DNA of 64,000 nt, taken from contig OZ242008.1 in assembly GCA_965204735.1 (NCBI GenBank), positions 3,392,001 through 3,456,000 on the forward strand, in the 5' to 3' direction. Source of the stretch: Longimicrobiales bacterium (GTDB lineage Bacteria; Gemmatimonadota; Gemmatimonadetes; Longimicrobiales; Gaopeijiaceae). The stretch's first letter is position 1; every line of letters begins with the position of its first letter. Both the position numbers and the translations under genes were made by a program. The notes under the pieces were generated by a model that made no database searches, was not told the origin of the DNA, and saw only the letters and a list, made by a program, of their open reading frames with translations. This document shows positions 36,218 to 46,552 of the stretch, piece by piece.

Positions 36218-37390
36218 TCAGCTGCCCTGGACGATCCGGCGCACCTGCACGAACTGCTCCCCCAGTTCGGTTTGGCCCAGCACCGCCACGGCATCTTCCG
36301 AGCCTCCGAGCAGCTCCAGGTCGGGTCCCACTTCGGCGGTCGCACGGACGACTCCTTCGATCGGGTCCACGATCACCCAGCGCGGCTCGCTTTCGGCGGG
36401 CGGGGCGAAGGGCCGAAGCCAGACGTCCCGGCCCACCTCGACCATGTCCCCGACCGACGGCGCCCACCGAGGCAGCTCGTCGTCCCACAGATTGTCGAAC
36501 ATCTCGCGAATCGTGGCCGCTGCCGGCCCGCGGCTCCTCGACAACCACCTGTCCCGCACTTCCCGCCCCGCGTCCCGGCGGTGCGGCCGTCGCTCGATGG
36601 GCAACGGCACCTTCCCCGCGACAACCGACTCGGCCTCTCCCCACACTTCGACCACCACGTCGTCCAAGGGCACGAACAGCCACCGACGCCCCACCGAGGC
36701 GAGGTGCGACCGGCCCAAGAACTCCGTCTGGAACGTCGTGGTCCTGTACCCCTCGTCGCGATTGAACTCGACGACGAAGTAGTCGTAGTTCATCAGGCGC
36801 CGGCCAGCCGTCCTCGACGTCTCCGTGGCGGCGTCGAACACGAAGATGTCGGACCAGACTTCGCGCAAGCCCCCGGCATCCGGGTTGGGCTCGTTGGACA
36901 TGTGCGCAAACGACGTGAGGAGCCACACATGGGCCGACAACACCGTCATCAGCTCCGTGGGGAACCCGTTCAGCGTCGGCAACGAGCGAACTTCCGGCTT
37001 GTCGACGCCCGGAATCCAAGTCGTCACGCGGCTCAACGGGGAGTCGTAGGCGACTACGGTGTCGCCCACCCCGAAGACTCGCGAGATCATCTCGAACTCT
37101 CCTGGACCCGAACCAGGCCGGCCCAAGGACTCGACCACTTCGCCCGCGGGAGACACGCGCAGCACGCTCGAGCTGCCGTTGTCGCCGACGAGGAGACTTC
37201 CGTCGGGCAAGACGTCGGCGTCGTGAACGTCGTGGAGCAGCACGCCGTCGCCCCGGCCGACCTCGATCAGCGGCGGATCGTCCAACCGCCACCGCTCCGG
37301 CTGAGCGGCCGCGAGAGACGGAACCGAAAGCACGGCCGCCAGCGCGAGACCTGCCGCAGTCGGACTCGCAGGCTTGGTTCTAGCGAACAT
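36218..37390 (-). CDS. Secreted 6-bladed beta-propeller protein
   Basis: Signal peptide; GRPGSGPGEF; C-terminal TELGEQFVQV. Confidence 0.75.
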   Translation of the reverse strand: MFARTKPASPTAAGLALAAVLSVPSLAAAQPERWRLDDPPLIEVGRGDGVLLHDVHDADVLPDGSLLVGDNGSSSVLRVSPAGEVVESLGRPGSGPGEFEMISRVFGVGDTVVAYDSPLSRVTTWIPGVDKPEVRSLPTLNGFPTELMTVLSAHVWLLTSFAHMSNEPNPDAGGLREVWSDIFVFDAATETSRTAGRRLMNYDYFVVEFNRDEGYRTTTFQTEFLGRSHLASVGRRWLFVPLDDVVVEVWGEAESVVAGKVPLPIERRPHRRDAGREVRDRWLSRSRGPAAATIREMFDNLWDDELPRWAPSVGDMVEVGRDVWLRPFAPPAESEPRWVIVDPIEGVVRATAEVGPDLELLGGSEDAVAVLGQTELGEQFVQVRRIVQGS

Positions 37391-37471
37391 GGCGTCCTCT
37401 GGGGGCGTTGGGAGACTGCACACATGTGCATTCTGGATCGGGGAGGCAGCACTTGCAACAGGACACGGTTG

Positions 37472-39046
37472 TCACGCTTTGCGAACGGCTTCGTACACCA
37501 CAATCCCCTCGAAGGCTGCCAGGCGCGTCACCTCGAAGCGGTCGACGACGGCTTCCAGCCCCTCCAGCGATCGGCCTTCCTTCTCGCCGGCGGCGACGAT
37601 CCACACTCGGGCGCTTCCCTGGTCCCCCAACGCCCGAGCGACTTCCAGCCGACGGTCGGGGCGGCGCTGCGGTTCCCGATCCGCGTTCCAAACCAGCGCT
37701 CGCCCGCGCGGGCGGTCGCCGCGGTAGTACCGTTCCCAGGACTCGTGCAGGTAGAACTCCGCCCTGGGGCTGTAGAGGAGGACCGCGTCGTCCGGCGCCA
37801 GCCTGGCCTCCACGAAGGAAGCCGCCTCCTTCCACTGTATCCGCTGCGGCGTCCGGTGGTAGTCGACGGCACCTGGAACCGCCAGTGCCAGAAGGAGTCC
37901 GCAGAGCGCGTGGGCGGCCGGCCGAGTGGGCGTTCCCCGATAGAAGACCGAGACGCCCAGGAGCACGAGGGCCGGCATGGACGCGATGAAGTACCGGAGC
38001 GCGTAGATGTTCGCGTACGCGGCGGTGACCAGCATGGGCAGCAGCAGCCCGACGGCGGCGTACACGGCGGTTCCGACAGTGCGCAGCCGCGAGTCGGGGT
38101 CGGGACCCCGGACGCTCCGGCGGAAGAGGACCGCAAGCGCCAAGCCGGCCGTGGCCGCGGCCGCGGTCGACCACAACGTCGTCGGACCGAAGGCCAGTCG
38201 GGGCACGAGCCCGAGAAGCTCCGCAAGCCCCGGGGCGGGCCACAGCTCGAAGTCGGGGCTGTGCAGGAAGTGCTTCATCCGCCAGCTCTCCACGGCGAAG
38301 GCGACCGCCAGCGGGAGCGCGCAGAGCAGCACGCCGGCCCACGTCTTCGCAAACGCCTTGCGACGCCCGCCGCCCAGGAACGCCACGACCACCACATGGG
38401 CCGCCAGCGCAAACGCGGCGTAGGGGTGCGTCGCGCACATGGCAAGCGTCGCGACGCCGTAGGCCGCAAACTCGCGTCGCCTTGGCAAGGGCTTCGACGC
38501 GGCGGGGTCGGCGACGGCGGGTTCGGCCGTGCCGCCGCGGTCCAGAAGCCGAAGGAGGAGGTGCAGGGAGACCAGGGACAGGAAGCAGTAGAGGGCGTAG
38601 GGCCGGGCTTCCTGGGCGTAGCGGAGCGCAACGGGCGAGAGCATGAACAGCTGGCAGGCGAAGACGCCCGCCCACGGTCCGGCGGCCTGCCGCGCCATCT
38701 TGTGGAGAAGCGGAACGCACGAGGCCATGAAGAGGGCCGACGGCAGACGGAGCAGGGCGTCGCTCGTGCCCGCCACGGCGCTCCAGAGCCACAGCAGCAC
38801 GAAGTACAGGGGCGGCTGGTTGTGGACGTGGACCGAAGCCCTGACGGCCTCGATCAACCCGCCCTCCATGGTGATCAAGGTGGACATCTCGTCCATCCAG
38901 AGGCTGTCGCGACCGATTCCCAGGGCGAAGAGGCCGAACGCCTGGAGCGTAAGGCCGGCGACGACCCACGGGGAGCTGCCAAGGCGGCGGAGAGAATCGC
39001 CGACGGGTCGGCGGCTCCGGGAGCGGCGGGGAGCGTCTGCGGGCAC
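37472..39046 (-). CDS. GT-C fold membrane glycosyltransferase (GT39/PMT_2-like)
   Basis: SLWMDE, QPPLYF, LRLPSAL, YAQEARPYAL; many TM segments. Confidence 0.85.
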   Translation of the reverse strand: MPADAPRRSRSRRPVGDSLRRLGSSPWVVAGLTLQAFGLFALGIGRDSLWMDEMSTLITMEGGLIEAVRASVHVHNQPPLYFVLLWLWSAVAGTSDALLRLPSALFMASCVPLLHKMARQAAGPWAGVFACQLFMLSPVALRYAQEARPYALYCFLSLVSLHLLLRLLDRGGTAEPAVADPAASKPLPRRREFAAYGVATLAMCATHPYAAFALAAHVVVVAFLGGGRRKAFAKTWAGVLLCALPLAVAFAVESWRMKHFLHSPDFELWPAPGLAELLGLVPRLAFGPTTLWSTAAAATAGLALAVLFRRSVRGPDPDSRLRTVGTAVYAAVGLLLPMLVTAAYANIYALRYFIASMPALVLLGVSVFYRGTPTRPAAHALCGLLLALAVPGAVDYHRTPQRIQWKEAASFVEARLAPDDAVLLYSPRAEFYLHESWERYYRGDRPRGRALVWNADREPQRRPDRRLEVARALGDQGSARVWIVAAGEKEGRSLEGLEAVVDRFEVTRLAAFEGIVVYEAVRKA

Positions 39047-39062
39047 GGGAAGGTCTCGTCCT

Positions 39063-40268
39063 TCAGCCGCGTTCGTCCGAGAGCGGGCGGGCGTCGTCGG
39101 GGACCGACCCGGCAGGCACGACCTCGACCTCCGCGCGCACCTTGACGGCCTCTCGGATGCGTCGCGCCAGCGCCGTCGGGTCGGGCTGGCAGCCCGCGGC
39201 CGGGGTCACCCGCACCGCAAGCGCGTCGCGGCCGCTGCCGTCGTCGGTCACCGTCGCGGCGAAGCGGGCCACCGACGGCTCGGCGTCCAGCGCCGCCGCC
39301 AGCTCCCGGGGGTGCACGAACATGCCGCGCACCTTCACCCCCTCGCCCACCCGCCCGAGGAACCCCGCCAGGCGGGGACTCGCCCGCCCGCACCGGCACG
39401 GGGCGCGGTTCCACGCCGACAGGTCGCCCGTCCCGAAGCGCACGAGGGGATAGACCTCGTTCGGGCTGGTGACCACCACTTCGCCCGGCGCGCCGTCGTC
39501 CCCCACGGGCCGTCCGTCCCGGGGCGAGAGCAGCTCGACCACGACCTGGGCCGCCACATGCCAGCCATCCTTGGCCTCGCACTCGTAGCCGATCGTGCCG
39601 GCGTCGGCGGTGCCGTAGGACTGGTAGACGTCGACGCCGAAGCCGCTCCGGAGGCGGTCGCGGAGGTCGCGCGGCAAGGGGGCGCCGGTGACCAGCGCCC
39701 GCCGAATCGCCAGCGGCGGACCCGCTTCCGCCGCCCGCGTCAGGATCGTCAGGAGGAAGTGGGGCGTGCCCACGTACCCCGTGACGCCCGCGGCCCGGGC
39801 CGCCTCGATCTGGGCCGCCGCGTCGCCCACGCCGCCGGGGACGACCACGCACCCCACCGCCCGCAGCCCGCCGTCCAGCATGAGTCCGCCGGGGGTCAGG
39901 TGGTAGGAGAAGGCGTTGAGGACCACGTCGCCGCGCCGGAACCCGGCCGCCCGGGCCGCCGGCGCGACCCGCCAGAAGTCGGGGACGTCGCCTTCCGGGT
40001 CCATGATCGGCCCCGGCGAGCGGAAGACCCGCTTGAGCGCCCCCGGCGGCACCGCCAGCATCCCGCCGAAGGGCGGGTCGGCGGCATGCAGCGCGGGCAA
40101 GTCGTCCTTCGCCAGCACGGGAAGCGACCCCAGCCCGGCAACTCCCTCGACCTCTTCCGGCGACACGCCCGCGCGCTCCAGCCGTCCCCGTATCTCGCGG
40201 CTTCGCTGCGCCCCGAAGGCGACGGCTCGGGCGGCCAGCCGATCCTGCTCGGCCTCCCACTCGGTCAC
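39063..40268 (-). CDS. Phenylacetate-CoA ligase family protein
   Basis: LPVLAKDDL, GYVGTP, YQSYGTAD, PLVRFGTGD, KVRGMFVHP. Confidence 0.85.
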   Translation of the reverse strand: MTEWEAEQDRLAARAVAFGAQRSREIRGRLERAGVSPEEVEGVAGLGSLPVLAKDDLPALHAADPPFGGMLAVPPGALKRVFRSPGPIMDPEGDVPDFWRVAPAARAAGFRRGDVVLNAFSYHLTPGGLMLDGGLRAVGCVVVPGGVGDAAAQIEAARAAGVTGYVGTPHFLLTILTRAAEAGPPLAIRRALVTGAPLPRDLRDRLRSGFGVDVYQSYGTADAGTIGYECEAKDGWHVAAQVVVELLSPRDGRPVGDDGAPGEVVVTSPNEVYPLVRFGTGDLSAWNRAPCRCGRASPRLAGFLGRVGEGVKVRGMFVHPRELAAALDAEPSVARFAATVTDDGSGRDALAVRVTPAAGCQPDPTALARRIREAVKVRAEVEVVPAGSVPDDARPLSDERG

Positions 40269-41224
40269 GACAGCCAGCGCTTGCGCCGCCGGTAGTGCTT
40301 CACGTCGCGGTAGGAGCGCCGCCCCGAGTCGCCCATGCCCAGGTAGAACTCCTTCACGTCCTCGTTCTCCCGGAGCTCGTCGGCGGACCCCTCCAGGACC
40401 ACGCGACCGCCCTCCATCACGTAGCCGCGGCTGGCCACGGAGAGCGCCAGGCGGGCGTTCTGCTCCACCAGCAGGATCGTCGTGCCCTCCTCGCGGTTGA
40501 TCCGCTCCACGATCTCGAAGATGCTCTCGACCAGGAGCGGCGCCAGCCCCAGAGAGGGCTCGTCCAGCAGCATCATGCGCGGTCGGGCCATCAGGGCGCG
40601 GCCCACGGCCAGCATCTGCTGCTCGCCGCCCGAGAGGTGGCCCGCTGTCTGGCGTCGGCGCTCCGCCAGTCGGGGGAAGTAGCCGAACACCCGGTCCACG
40701 TCGGCCTCCGCTCCGGCCCGATCGCGGCGGGTGTGCGCGCCCGCGGCCAAGTTCTCCAGGACCGTGAGGTGCTCGAAGACCCTTCGCCCCTCCAGCACCT
40801 GAAAGAGGCCCTTCTCCACGATCCGGTGGGCGGCCTTCCCCTGTATCTCCTCGCCCGCGAAGACGATGGTTCCGTCGGACACCCGGCCGTCCTCGACGTG
40901 GAGGAGCCCGGAGATCGCCTTGAGCGTGGTGGTCTTCCCCGCCCCGTTGGAGCCCAGGAGGGCGGCCACCTGTCCTTCGGCCACCTCCAGCGAGAGACCC
41001 CGCAGCGCCAGGATCACCTCGTCGTAGCGGACCTCCACGTTGTTGAGGCTGAGAAGCGGGGCGGACGCCGGGCTCCTCGCGACGGTGGCGGCGCTCGCGG
41101 CGTGATCGCACCGTCGGCGATCTTCGACGTCTCGACTCGCCGGCCCCTTCGCGACGGCGGCGCTCGTGGAGACTCGGCGGTTGGCGGCTGGGCGGGTGGC
41201 GGCTCGTCCGCCGGCGTCAGCCAC
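40265..41224 (-). CDS. Liv-type ABC transporter ATP-binding protein (LivF-like)
   Basis: GSNGAGKTT, LSGGEQQ, LLDEPSLGLAP; start uncertain. Confidence 0.9.
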   Translation of the reverse strand: MADAGGRAATRPAANRRVSTSAAVAKGPASRDVEDRRRCDHAASAATVARSPASAPLLSLNNVEVRYDEVILALRGLSLEVAEGQVAALLGSNGAGKTTTLKAISGLLHVEDGRVSDGTIVFAGEEIQGKAAHRIVEKGLFQVLEGRRVFEHLTVLENLAAGAHTRRDRAGAEADVDRVFGYFPRLAERRRQTAGHLSGGEQQMLAVGRALMARPRMMLLDEPSLGLAPLLVESIFEIVERINREEGTTILLVEQNARLALSVASRGYVMEGGRVVLEGSADELRENEDVKEFYLGMGDSGRRSYRDVKHYRRRKRWLS

Positions 41225-41235
41225 GCCCCCGCCCC

Positions 41236-42495
41236 TCACGGCATCGGCGGCGCCTGCAGGAACTCGGTGGCGGGGGTCCACCGACCGCCTTCGACCCGGA
41301 AGAGGCGAAGTCCCTTGGCGCCCCGGTGGTCGTCGGGGGTGAAGGTCAGGGGAACCGTGACGCCGCCCATGTCGAAGTCGGCGAAGCTCTCCAGCTCGGC
41401 CTTGACGGCGGCGCCCGTCGGCTCCTGGCCGGACGCGACCACTCGGCGCATCGCCTCGCCGAAGACGGCGATCGTCCACCACCCCTGCACGTAGGCGTTG
41501 GTCTTGCCCTCCGGCGACTCTCCCCTCGCCTCCAGGTGCTCCAGGATCACCCGGGTTCCGGGCACGTCCACGGTGAGCGGCGCGTAGGGCACCGTCCCCA
41601 GCATCTCTTCGGCCGCGTCGCCCGCCAGTCGCACGAGGAGGGCGTTGGCGCACCAGTTGAGGCACACGAAGGTCTGGTCCATGCCCAGGCTCTGGGCGTC
41701 CCGAAGGGCTTGGGCCGCAGGTCCCGACGTGTTCTGGATCACGACGTAGCGGGCGCCGCGCCGGCGGATGCGGGAGAGCTCCGCCGTGTAGTCCACCGCG
41801 CCCCGAGGCATCTCGTGCAGCCCAAGGTCGATCCCCCTGGACTCGGCGTAGCGGGCGCCGCCTTGCCGCGCCGGCGAAAGGCCGAAGGGGCTGGCGTTGT
41901 GCAAGAGGGCGACGACGGGCGATCCGCCTTCGCCGGCGGCTTGGTGGTCGCGCGCGATCCAGTCCAGGGCGATCCGGAACTGGTCGCTGTAGCTGGTGGC
42001 CACGAGGAAGTTGTACGGAGCCTCGTTCGGGTCGCCCAGGCGGTGGGACAGGGAGGCCGAGCTGAAGGGGATGCGATCGTCGGCCACCCTCGCGTGGAGC
42101 GCCTCCGTGTCGCCCGTGCCCCAGCCCATGAACGCGACGACGCCCCGGCCCGCCATGCGGCTGTACGCCTGCTCCGCCCTGGCCACGTCGTAGGCGTAGT
42201 CCTCCCAGTCCAGGTCGATCCGGCGACCCTCGATCCCGCCCCGGCCGTTGGTCCACTCGACCCAGGCCATCATGCCGTTGGCGTAGTCCGTGCCCACGTC
42301 GGCGGTCGGGCCGGTGAGGTCGAAGACGGCGCCGATCCAGATCGCTCCGCTGCCGTCGTCGGCCCCGCCGCAGCCGGCGGTCGCCAACGCTCCGGCCAAG
42401 CACAGCGTCGCTGCCGACCGCGAACGGATGGCGCGGCCCGATGCGAGCGCGCGCAAGCCCCGAGGGAGCCTGCGGACTCCGGTCGTCTTCTTCAT
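41236..42495 (-). CDS. Liv-type ABC transporter substrate-binding lipoprotein
   Basis: LATAGC lipobox; IGAVFDLTGPTADVG; NGRGGIEGR. Confidence 0.88.
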   Translation of the reverse strand: MKKTTGVRRLPRGLRALASGRAIRSRSAATLCLAGALATAGCGGADDGSGAIWIGAVFDLTGPTADVGTDYANGMMAWVEWTNGRGGIEGRRIDLDWEDYAYDVARAEQAYSRMAGRGVVAFMGWGTGDTEALHARVADDRIPFSSASLSHRLGDPNEAPYNFLVATSYSDQFRIALDWIARDHQAAGEGGSPVVALLHNASPFGLSPARQGGARYAESRGIDLGLHEMPRGAVDYTAELSRIRRRGARYVVIQNTSGPAAQALRDAQSLGMDQTFVCLNWCANALLVRLAGDAAEEMLGTVPYAPLTVDVPGTRVILEHLEARGESPEGKTNAYVQGWWTIAVFGEAMRRVVASGQEPTGAAVKAELESFADFDMGGVTVPLTFTPDDHRGAKGLRLFRVEGGRWTPATEFLQAPPMP

Positions 42496-42534
42496 TTGCT
42501 TGCTCCCCGGTGGGTCACGACGCGCGGGTGGAAG

Positions 42535-43608
42535 TCAGGACGCGCGGGTCTCGCCGCGACGGTACGCGAACGGCCACACGTGAAAGTAGTCTTTCACGTT
42601 CCCCCACAGCTTGGACAGCCCCTTCGGCTCGAAGACGAGGAAGAGGACGATCACCACGCCGAAGACGGCTTGCTGCACGTAGGGAAGCTGGGCCGCGAGC
42701 TGGGGCGCCGCGTCGCGGAGGGCGCGCCCCGCGCCGGCGATCGTCGCCGGCAGGAGGGTGAGGAGGGCCGCCCCGAAGAAGGAGCCGCGGATCGTGCCCA
42801 GACCGCCCACGATGATCATCGCCAGGTAGACGACGCTCGTCTCCAGCGTGAAGCGCTCCCACGCCACGATGTTGCGGTAGTAGGCCGTCAGGGCGCCCGC
42901 CAGCCCGACGAAGAACGACGACGTGGCGAACGCCAGCAGCTTGTGCTTGAAGGCGTCCACGCCGATCACGCCGGCGGCCACGTCCTGGTCCCGGATCGCC
43001 ACGAACGCCCGCCCGGTCCGGCTGCGGAAGAGGTTCGCGGCGAAGAGGGCCGTGCCCGCGGCCGCCGCGACCCCCAGCCAGTAGAACTCGAAGCCTCCGT
43101 TCAGCCGCGCGCCGAAGAGACGAGGCGCCGGCGCCACCACGGCTTCGGTGCCGCCGGTGACCGCGGTCCAGTGGGTGACCGTCCACTCGGCGATCTCCTG
43201 GGCCGCCAGCGTGGCGACGGCCAAGTACAGTCCCTTCAGCCGGAGCGACGGCAGGCCGAAGAAGACGCCCACCGCCGCCGCCAGCAGGCACGCCAGCACG
43301 ATGCCGACCCCCCATGGCACTCCCCACTTCAGCGTCGTCAGCGCCGCGCCGTAGGCGCCGACGGCCATGAACGCGCCCTGGCCCAGGGAGATCTGGCCCG
43401 TGTAGCCCACCAGGATGTTCAGCCCGATGGCGCCGACCGTGGCGATGGCGACCTGGTTGGCCAAGTCCAGCCAATAGCCGGATGCGACGAAGGGGAACGC
43501 GACCACCGCCGCCGCGAAGAGCCCGAGTCGGATCCGCTGCGCCGGGCGGGGCCGCAGTCCCATCGCCGATTCGTAGCCGACGTGGCGGACGCCGCACTCC
43601 AGGCTCAT
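42535..43608 (-). CDS. Liv-type ABC permease (LivM-like)
   Basis: GLNILVGYTGQISLGQ, LRLKGLYLA, GRAFVAIRD. Confidence 0.92.
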   Translation of the reverse strand: MSLECGVRHVGYESAMGLRPRPAQRIRLGLFAAAVVAFPFVASGYWLDLANQVAIATVGAIGLNILVGYTGQISLGQGAFMAVGAYGAALTTLKWGVPWGVGIVLACLLAAAVGVFFGLPSLRLKGLYLAVATLAAQEIAEWTVTHWTAVTGGTEAVVAPAPRLFGARLNGGFEFYWLGVAAAAGTALFAANLFRSRTGRAFVAIRDQDVAAGVIGVDAFKHKLLAFATSSFFVGLAGALTAYYRNIVAWERFTLETSVVYLAMIIVGGLGTIRGSFFGAALLTLLPATIAGAGRALRDAAPQLAAQLPYVQQAVFGVVIVLFLVFEPKGLSKLWGNVKDYFHVWPFAYRRGETRAS

Positions 43609-43624
43609 CGGCCTCGGCTCCTCC

Positions 43625-44497
43625 TCATACGCGCTCGACGATCTCCTTCCCGAAGAGCCCGTAGGGACGCACCATCAGCACGGCCACCAGCGCCACGTAG
43701 GGAACCACCAGGCTCAGGCCGTGGCCCACGTAGCCGCCTGCGTACACCTCCAGCAGGCCGATCGCCACACCGCCGATCACGGCCCCGCCGATCGAGTCGA
43801 GCCCGCCCAGGATCACCACCGGAAAGACCCGCAGCCCGATCGCCGAGACGTTGGGGCTGACCCCCACCACGTTCGCCAGCATGACGCCGCCGACCGCCGC
43901 CGAGGCCGCCGCCAGTCCCCACGCCACGCCGAAGGTTCGGGGAATGCTGATCCCCATGCTCATGGCCGCCTGCTGGTCGTCGGCCACCGCCCGCATGGCG
44001 ATCCCGTCGCGTGCGTGGCGGAAGAAGAGCCCCAGCGCCGCCAGGACCGCCAGCGCGATGGGGATCGAGAGGAGCCGCTCCGCCGACACCACGGCGGGTC
44101 CCAGCGTCACGGCGCCGCCGGGCAGGAAGGAGTCGAAGGAACGGGGGCTCGGACCCCACGTCGCGTTCACCAAGGCCCGCAGGACGCTGGAGAGCCCGAT
44201 CGTGGCCATCACCATGGAGATGACGGGCTCGCCCACCAGGGGCCGCAGCACCAGTCGCTCCACCGCCAAGCCCGCGGCCACCGCCAGCAGCACCGTGGCC
44301 AGCACGCCCGCGCTCCACGGGAGGCCGACCTGGGCCAGCGCGAAGAAGGTCAGGTACGTGCCCAGCAGGAGGAGGTCGCCCTGGGCGAAGTTGATGACGT
44401 CGCTGGCCTTGTAGACGACGACGAAGCCGGCGGCCGCCAGGGCGTAGATCATGCCGGCGCTCAGGCCGGACACGGTCAGCTGGAGGAAGACGTCCAC
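43625..44497 (-). CDS. Liv-type ABC permease (LivH-like)
   Basis: VINFAQG, GIAMRAVADD, LMVRPYGLFG. Confidence 0.92.
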   Translation of the reverse strand: MDVFLQLTVSGLSAGMIYALAAAGFVVVYKASDVINFAQGDLLLLGTYLTFFALAQVGLPWSAGVLATVLLAVAAGLAVERLVLRPLVGEPVISMVMATIGLSSVLRALVNATWGPSPRSFDSFLPGGAVTLGPAVVSAERLLSIPIALAVLAALGLFFRHARDGIAMRAVADDQQAAMSMGISIPRTFGVAWGLAAASAAVGGVMLANVVGVSPNVSAIGLRVFPVVILGGLDSIGGAVIGGVAIGLLEVYAGGYVGHGLSLVVPYVALVAVLMVRPYGLFGKEIVERV

Positions 44498-44500
44498 CGG

Positions 44501-46552
44501 TCAGGGCGCGGCGGCGGACGGGGCCGCAACCGTCTCGATGCGCAGGTCGTGCTCGACCACCGCCGTGCGCCCGTCCTGGTAGGCGATCTCGGCCTCGACC
44601 CGCACCGAGTCGCCGTCGCCGTGCAGCGCGTCCACGAGGTCCCGGAAGCGGTCGGCCACGTGGCGGCGGCGGACCTTGCGGGTGCGGGTGAGCTCGGCGT
44701 CGTCGGCGTGGAGCTCCTTGTGCAGCAAGAGGAAGCGGCGGATGCGGGCGGCCGCCGGCAGCTCCCGGTTGACCTCTGCCACGTGACGGCGCACCAGGTC
44801 GTACACCTCCGGCTTGCGCGCCAGGTCGGTGAAGGTGGTGTAGGCGATTCGCCGCCGCTCGGCCCACTGGCCCGCGTGCTCCATGTCGATCGCGATCATC
44901 GCGGTCGCGAAGGCCAAGTCGTCGCCTGCGTCGTGGCTTCGGTCGTCGCCTTGTTCGTCGGCCTGGTCGTGGCCCCGGTCGTCGCTTCGGTCTTCGCTCC
45001 GGTTGTCGGCCCGACCGCCAGCCCGATCTTCGCCCCGGTCCCCGCCGAAGACGACCGCCTCTCGCACGTAGGGGCTGAACTTCAGCTTGTTCTCGACGAA
45101 CTGGGGCGAGAAGAGCTCGCCGTTGGGCAGGCGCGTCACGTCGGCCAGGCGGTCGATCACCACCAGGTGGCCGTCGTCGAAGCGGCCGGCGTCGCCGGAG
45201 CGGAGCCAGCCGTCGTCCAGCGCTTCCCGGGTGGCCTCCGGGTCGCGAAAGTAGCCTTGGAAGACAGCCGGGCTGCGACAGAGGATCTCGCCTTCCTCCG
45301 AGATGCGGACCTCGGTGTCGGGGAGGGGCGTGCCGACGGTCTGGAAGCGTACGTCGCCGTCCCGGTGCACGACCGAGATCCCCGACACCTCGGTTTGGCC
45401 GTAGAGCTGCTTCAGGTTGACGCCCACGGCGTGAAAGAATCGGAAGACGTCCGGCCCCAGCGCCGCGCCGCCGGTGTACGCCCTGCGCACCCGGTCCAGG
45501 CCCAGCTGGTCGCGGATCGGCCGGAGGACCAGCCAGTCGGCCAAGCGGCGTCGCGTTCGCGCCCGTCGGCTCTCGGTCCGGCCCGCGAAGCGCGCGTCGG
45601 CCGACGCGCGGCCCGCCTTCATCGCCCAGCGGTAGGCGCGGCGCTTGAGGGGCGTGGAGTCCTGGGCCATCACCTGCACGTCCGACACCATCGTCTCCCA
45701 GATGCGGGGCGGCGACATGACCGCCTGGGGTCCGATCTCGCGCAGGTCCTTGCGCACGGTCTCCGCCTCCTCGGGGAAGTTGACCACGAACCCGACCGTG
45801 AGCGCCGCCGACACCGACACCATCTGCTCGCCGATCCACGCCAGGGGCAGGAACGACACGAAGTCGTCGTCGGGCGTCATCGGGTCGGCCCTTTGCAGCT
45901 GGTCCGCCATCGCCAGGAGGTTGGCGTGGGAGAGCATCGCCAGCTTGGGCCGGCTGGTGGTGCCGGAGGTCGTGCACAGGAGGGCGACGTCGTCGGGCTC
46001 GACCGTCGCCGCCTTGCGGGCGAATGCGTCCGGCGCGTGGGCGTGGGCTTCGGCGCCCAGGGCTTCCACGGCCTCGAAGCGGGCCAGGCCGGGCGCTTCG
46101 TAGCCGTGCATCCCCCGGTCGTCGTAGTGGACGACGTGTTCCAGCTCGGGCAGCCCGTCCCGCACTTCCAGCACCTTGTCCACCTGCTCCTGGTCCTCGG
46201 CGACCACGACCCGGGGCGACGCCGCCTCAAGCAGCCCGGCCAGCTCCGCCGCCACGGCGTCCTGGTACAGCCCCAGGGGGAGGGCGCCCAGGCTCTGGGC
46301 CGCCAGCTGGGAGATCGTCCACTCGGGCCGGTTGTCGCCCACGATTGCGATGCGGTCGCCCTTGCGGACGCCCAGCGCGTCCAGTCCCAGGGAGAAGCGC
46401 CGGACCCGGGCCAGGTAGCCCGCCCAGGTGATCTCTTGCCAGATGCCGAACTCCTTCTCGCGCAGGGCGACGCGGCGGGGGGTCCGTTGGGCGTGGCGGG
46501 CCAGGAGGCCCGGGAGGGTGTCGGCGGAGGCGGTCGACCGGTCGCCGCTCAC
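44501..46552 (-). CDS. Long-chain acyl-CoA ligase (AMP-binding)
   Basis: TTSGTTSRPK, YGQTE, GWLRSGD, ELTRTRKVRR; GTGA overlap. Confidence 0.9.
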   Translation of the reverse strand: MSGDRSTASADTLPGLLARHAQRTPRRVALREKEFGIWQEITWAGYLARVRRFSLGLDALGVRKGDRIAIVGDNRPEWTISQLAAQSLGALPLGLYQDAVAAELAGLLEAASPRVVVAEDQEQVDKVLEVRDGLPELEHVVHYDDRGMHGYEAPGLARFEAVEALGAEAHAHAPDAFARKAATVEPDDVALLCTTSGTTSRPKLAMLSHANLLAMADQLQRADPMTPDDDFVSFLPLAWIGEQMVSVSAALTVGFVVNFPEEAETVRKDLREIGPQAVMSPPRIWETMVSDVQVMAQDSTPLKRRAYRWAMKAGRASADARFAGRTESRRARTRRRLADWLVLRPIRDQLGLDRVRRAYTGGAALGPDVFRFFHAVGVNLKQLYGQTEVSGISVVHRDGDVRFQTVGTPLPDTEVRISEEGEILCRSPAVFQGYFRDPEATREALDDGWLRSGDAGRFDDGHLVVIDRLADVTRLPNGELFSPQFVENKLKFSPYVREAVVFGGDRGEDRAGGRADNRSEDRSDDRGHDQADEQGDDRSHDAGDDLAFATAMIAIDMEHAGQWAERRRIAYTTFTDLARKPEVYDLVRRHVAEVNRELPAAARIRRFLLLHKELHADDAELTRTRKVRRRHVADRFRDLVDALHGDGDSVRVEAEIAYQDGRTAVVEHDLRIETVAAPSAAAP

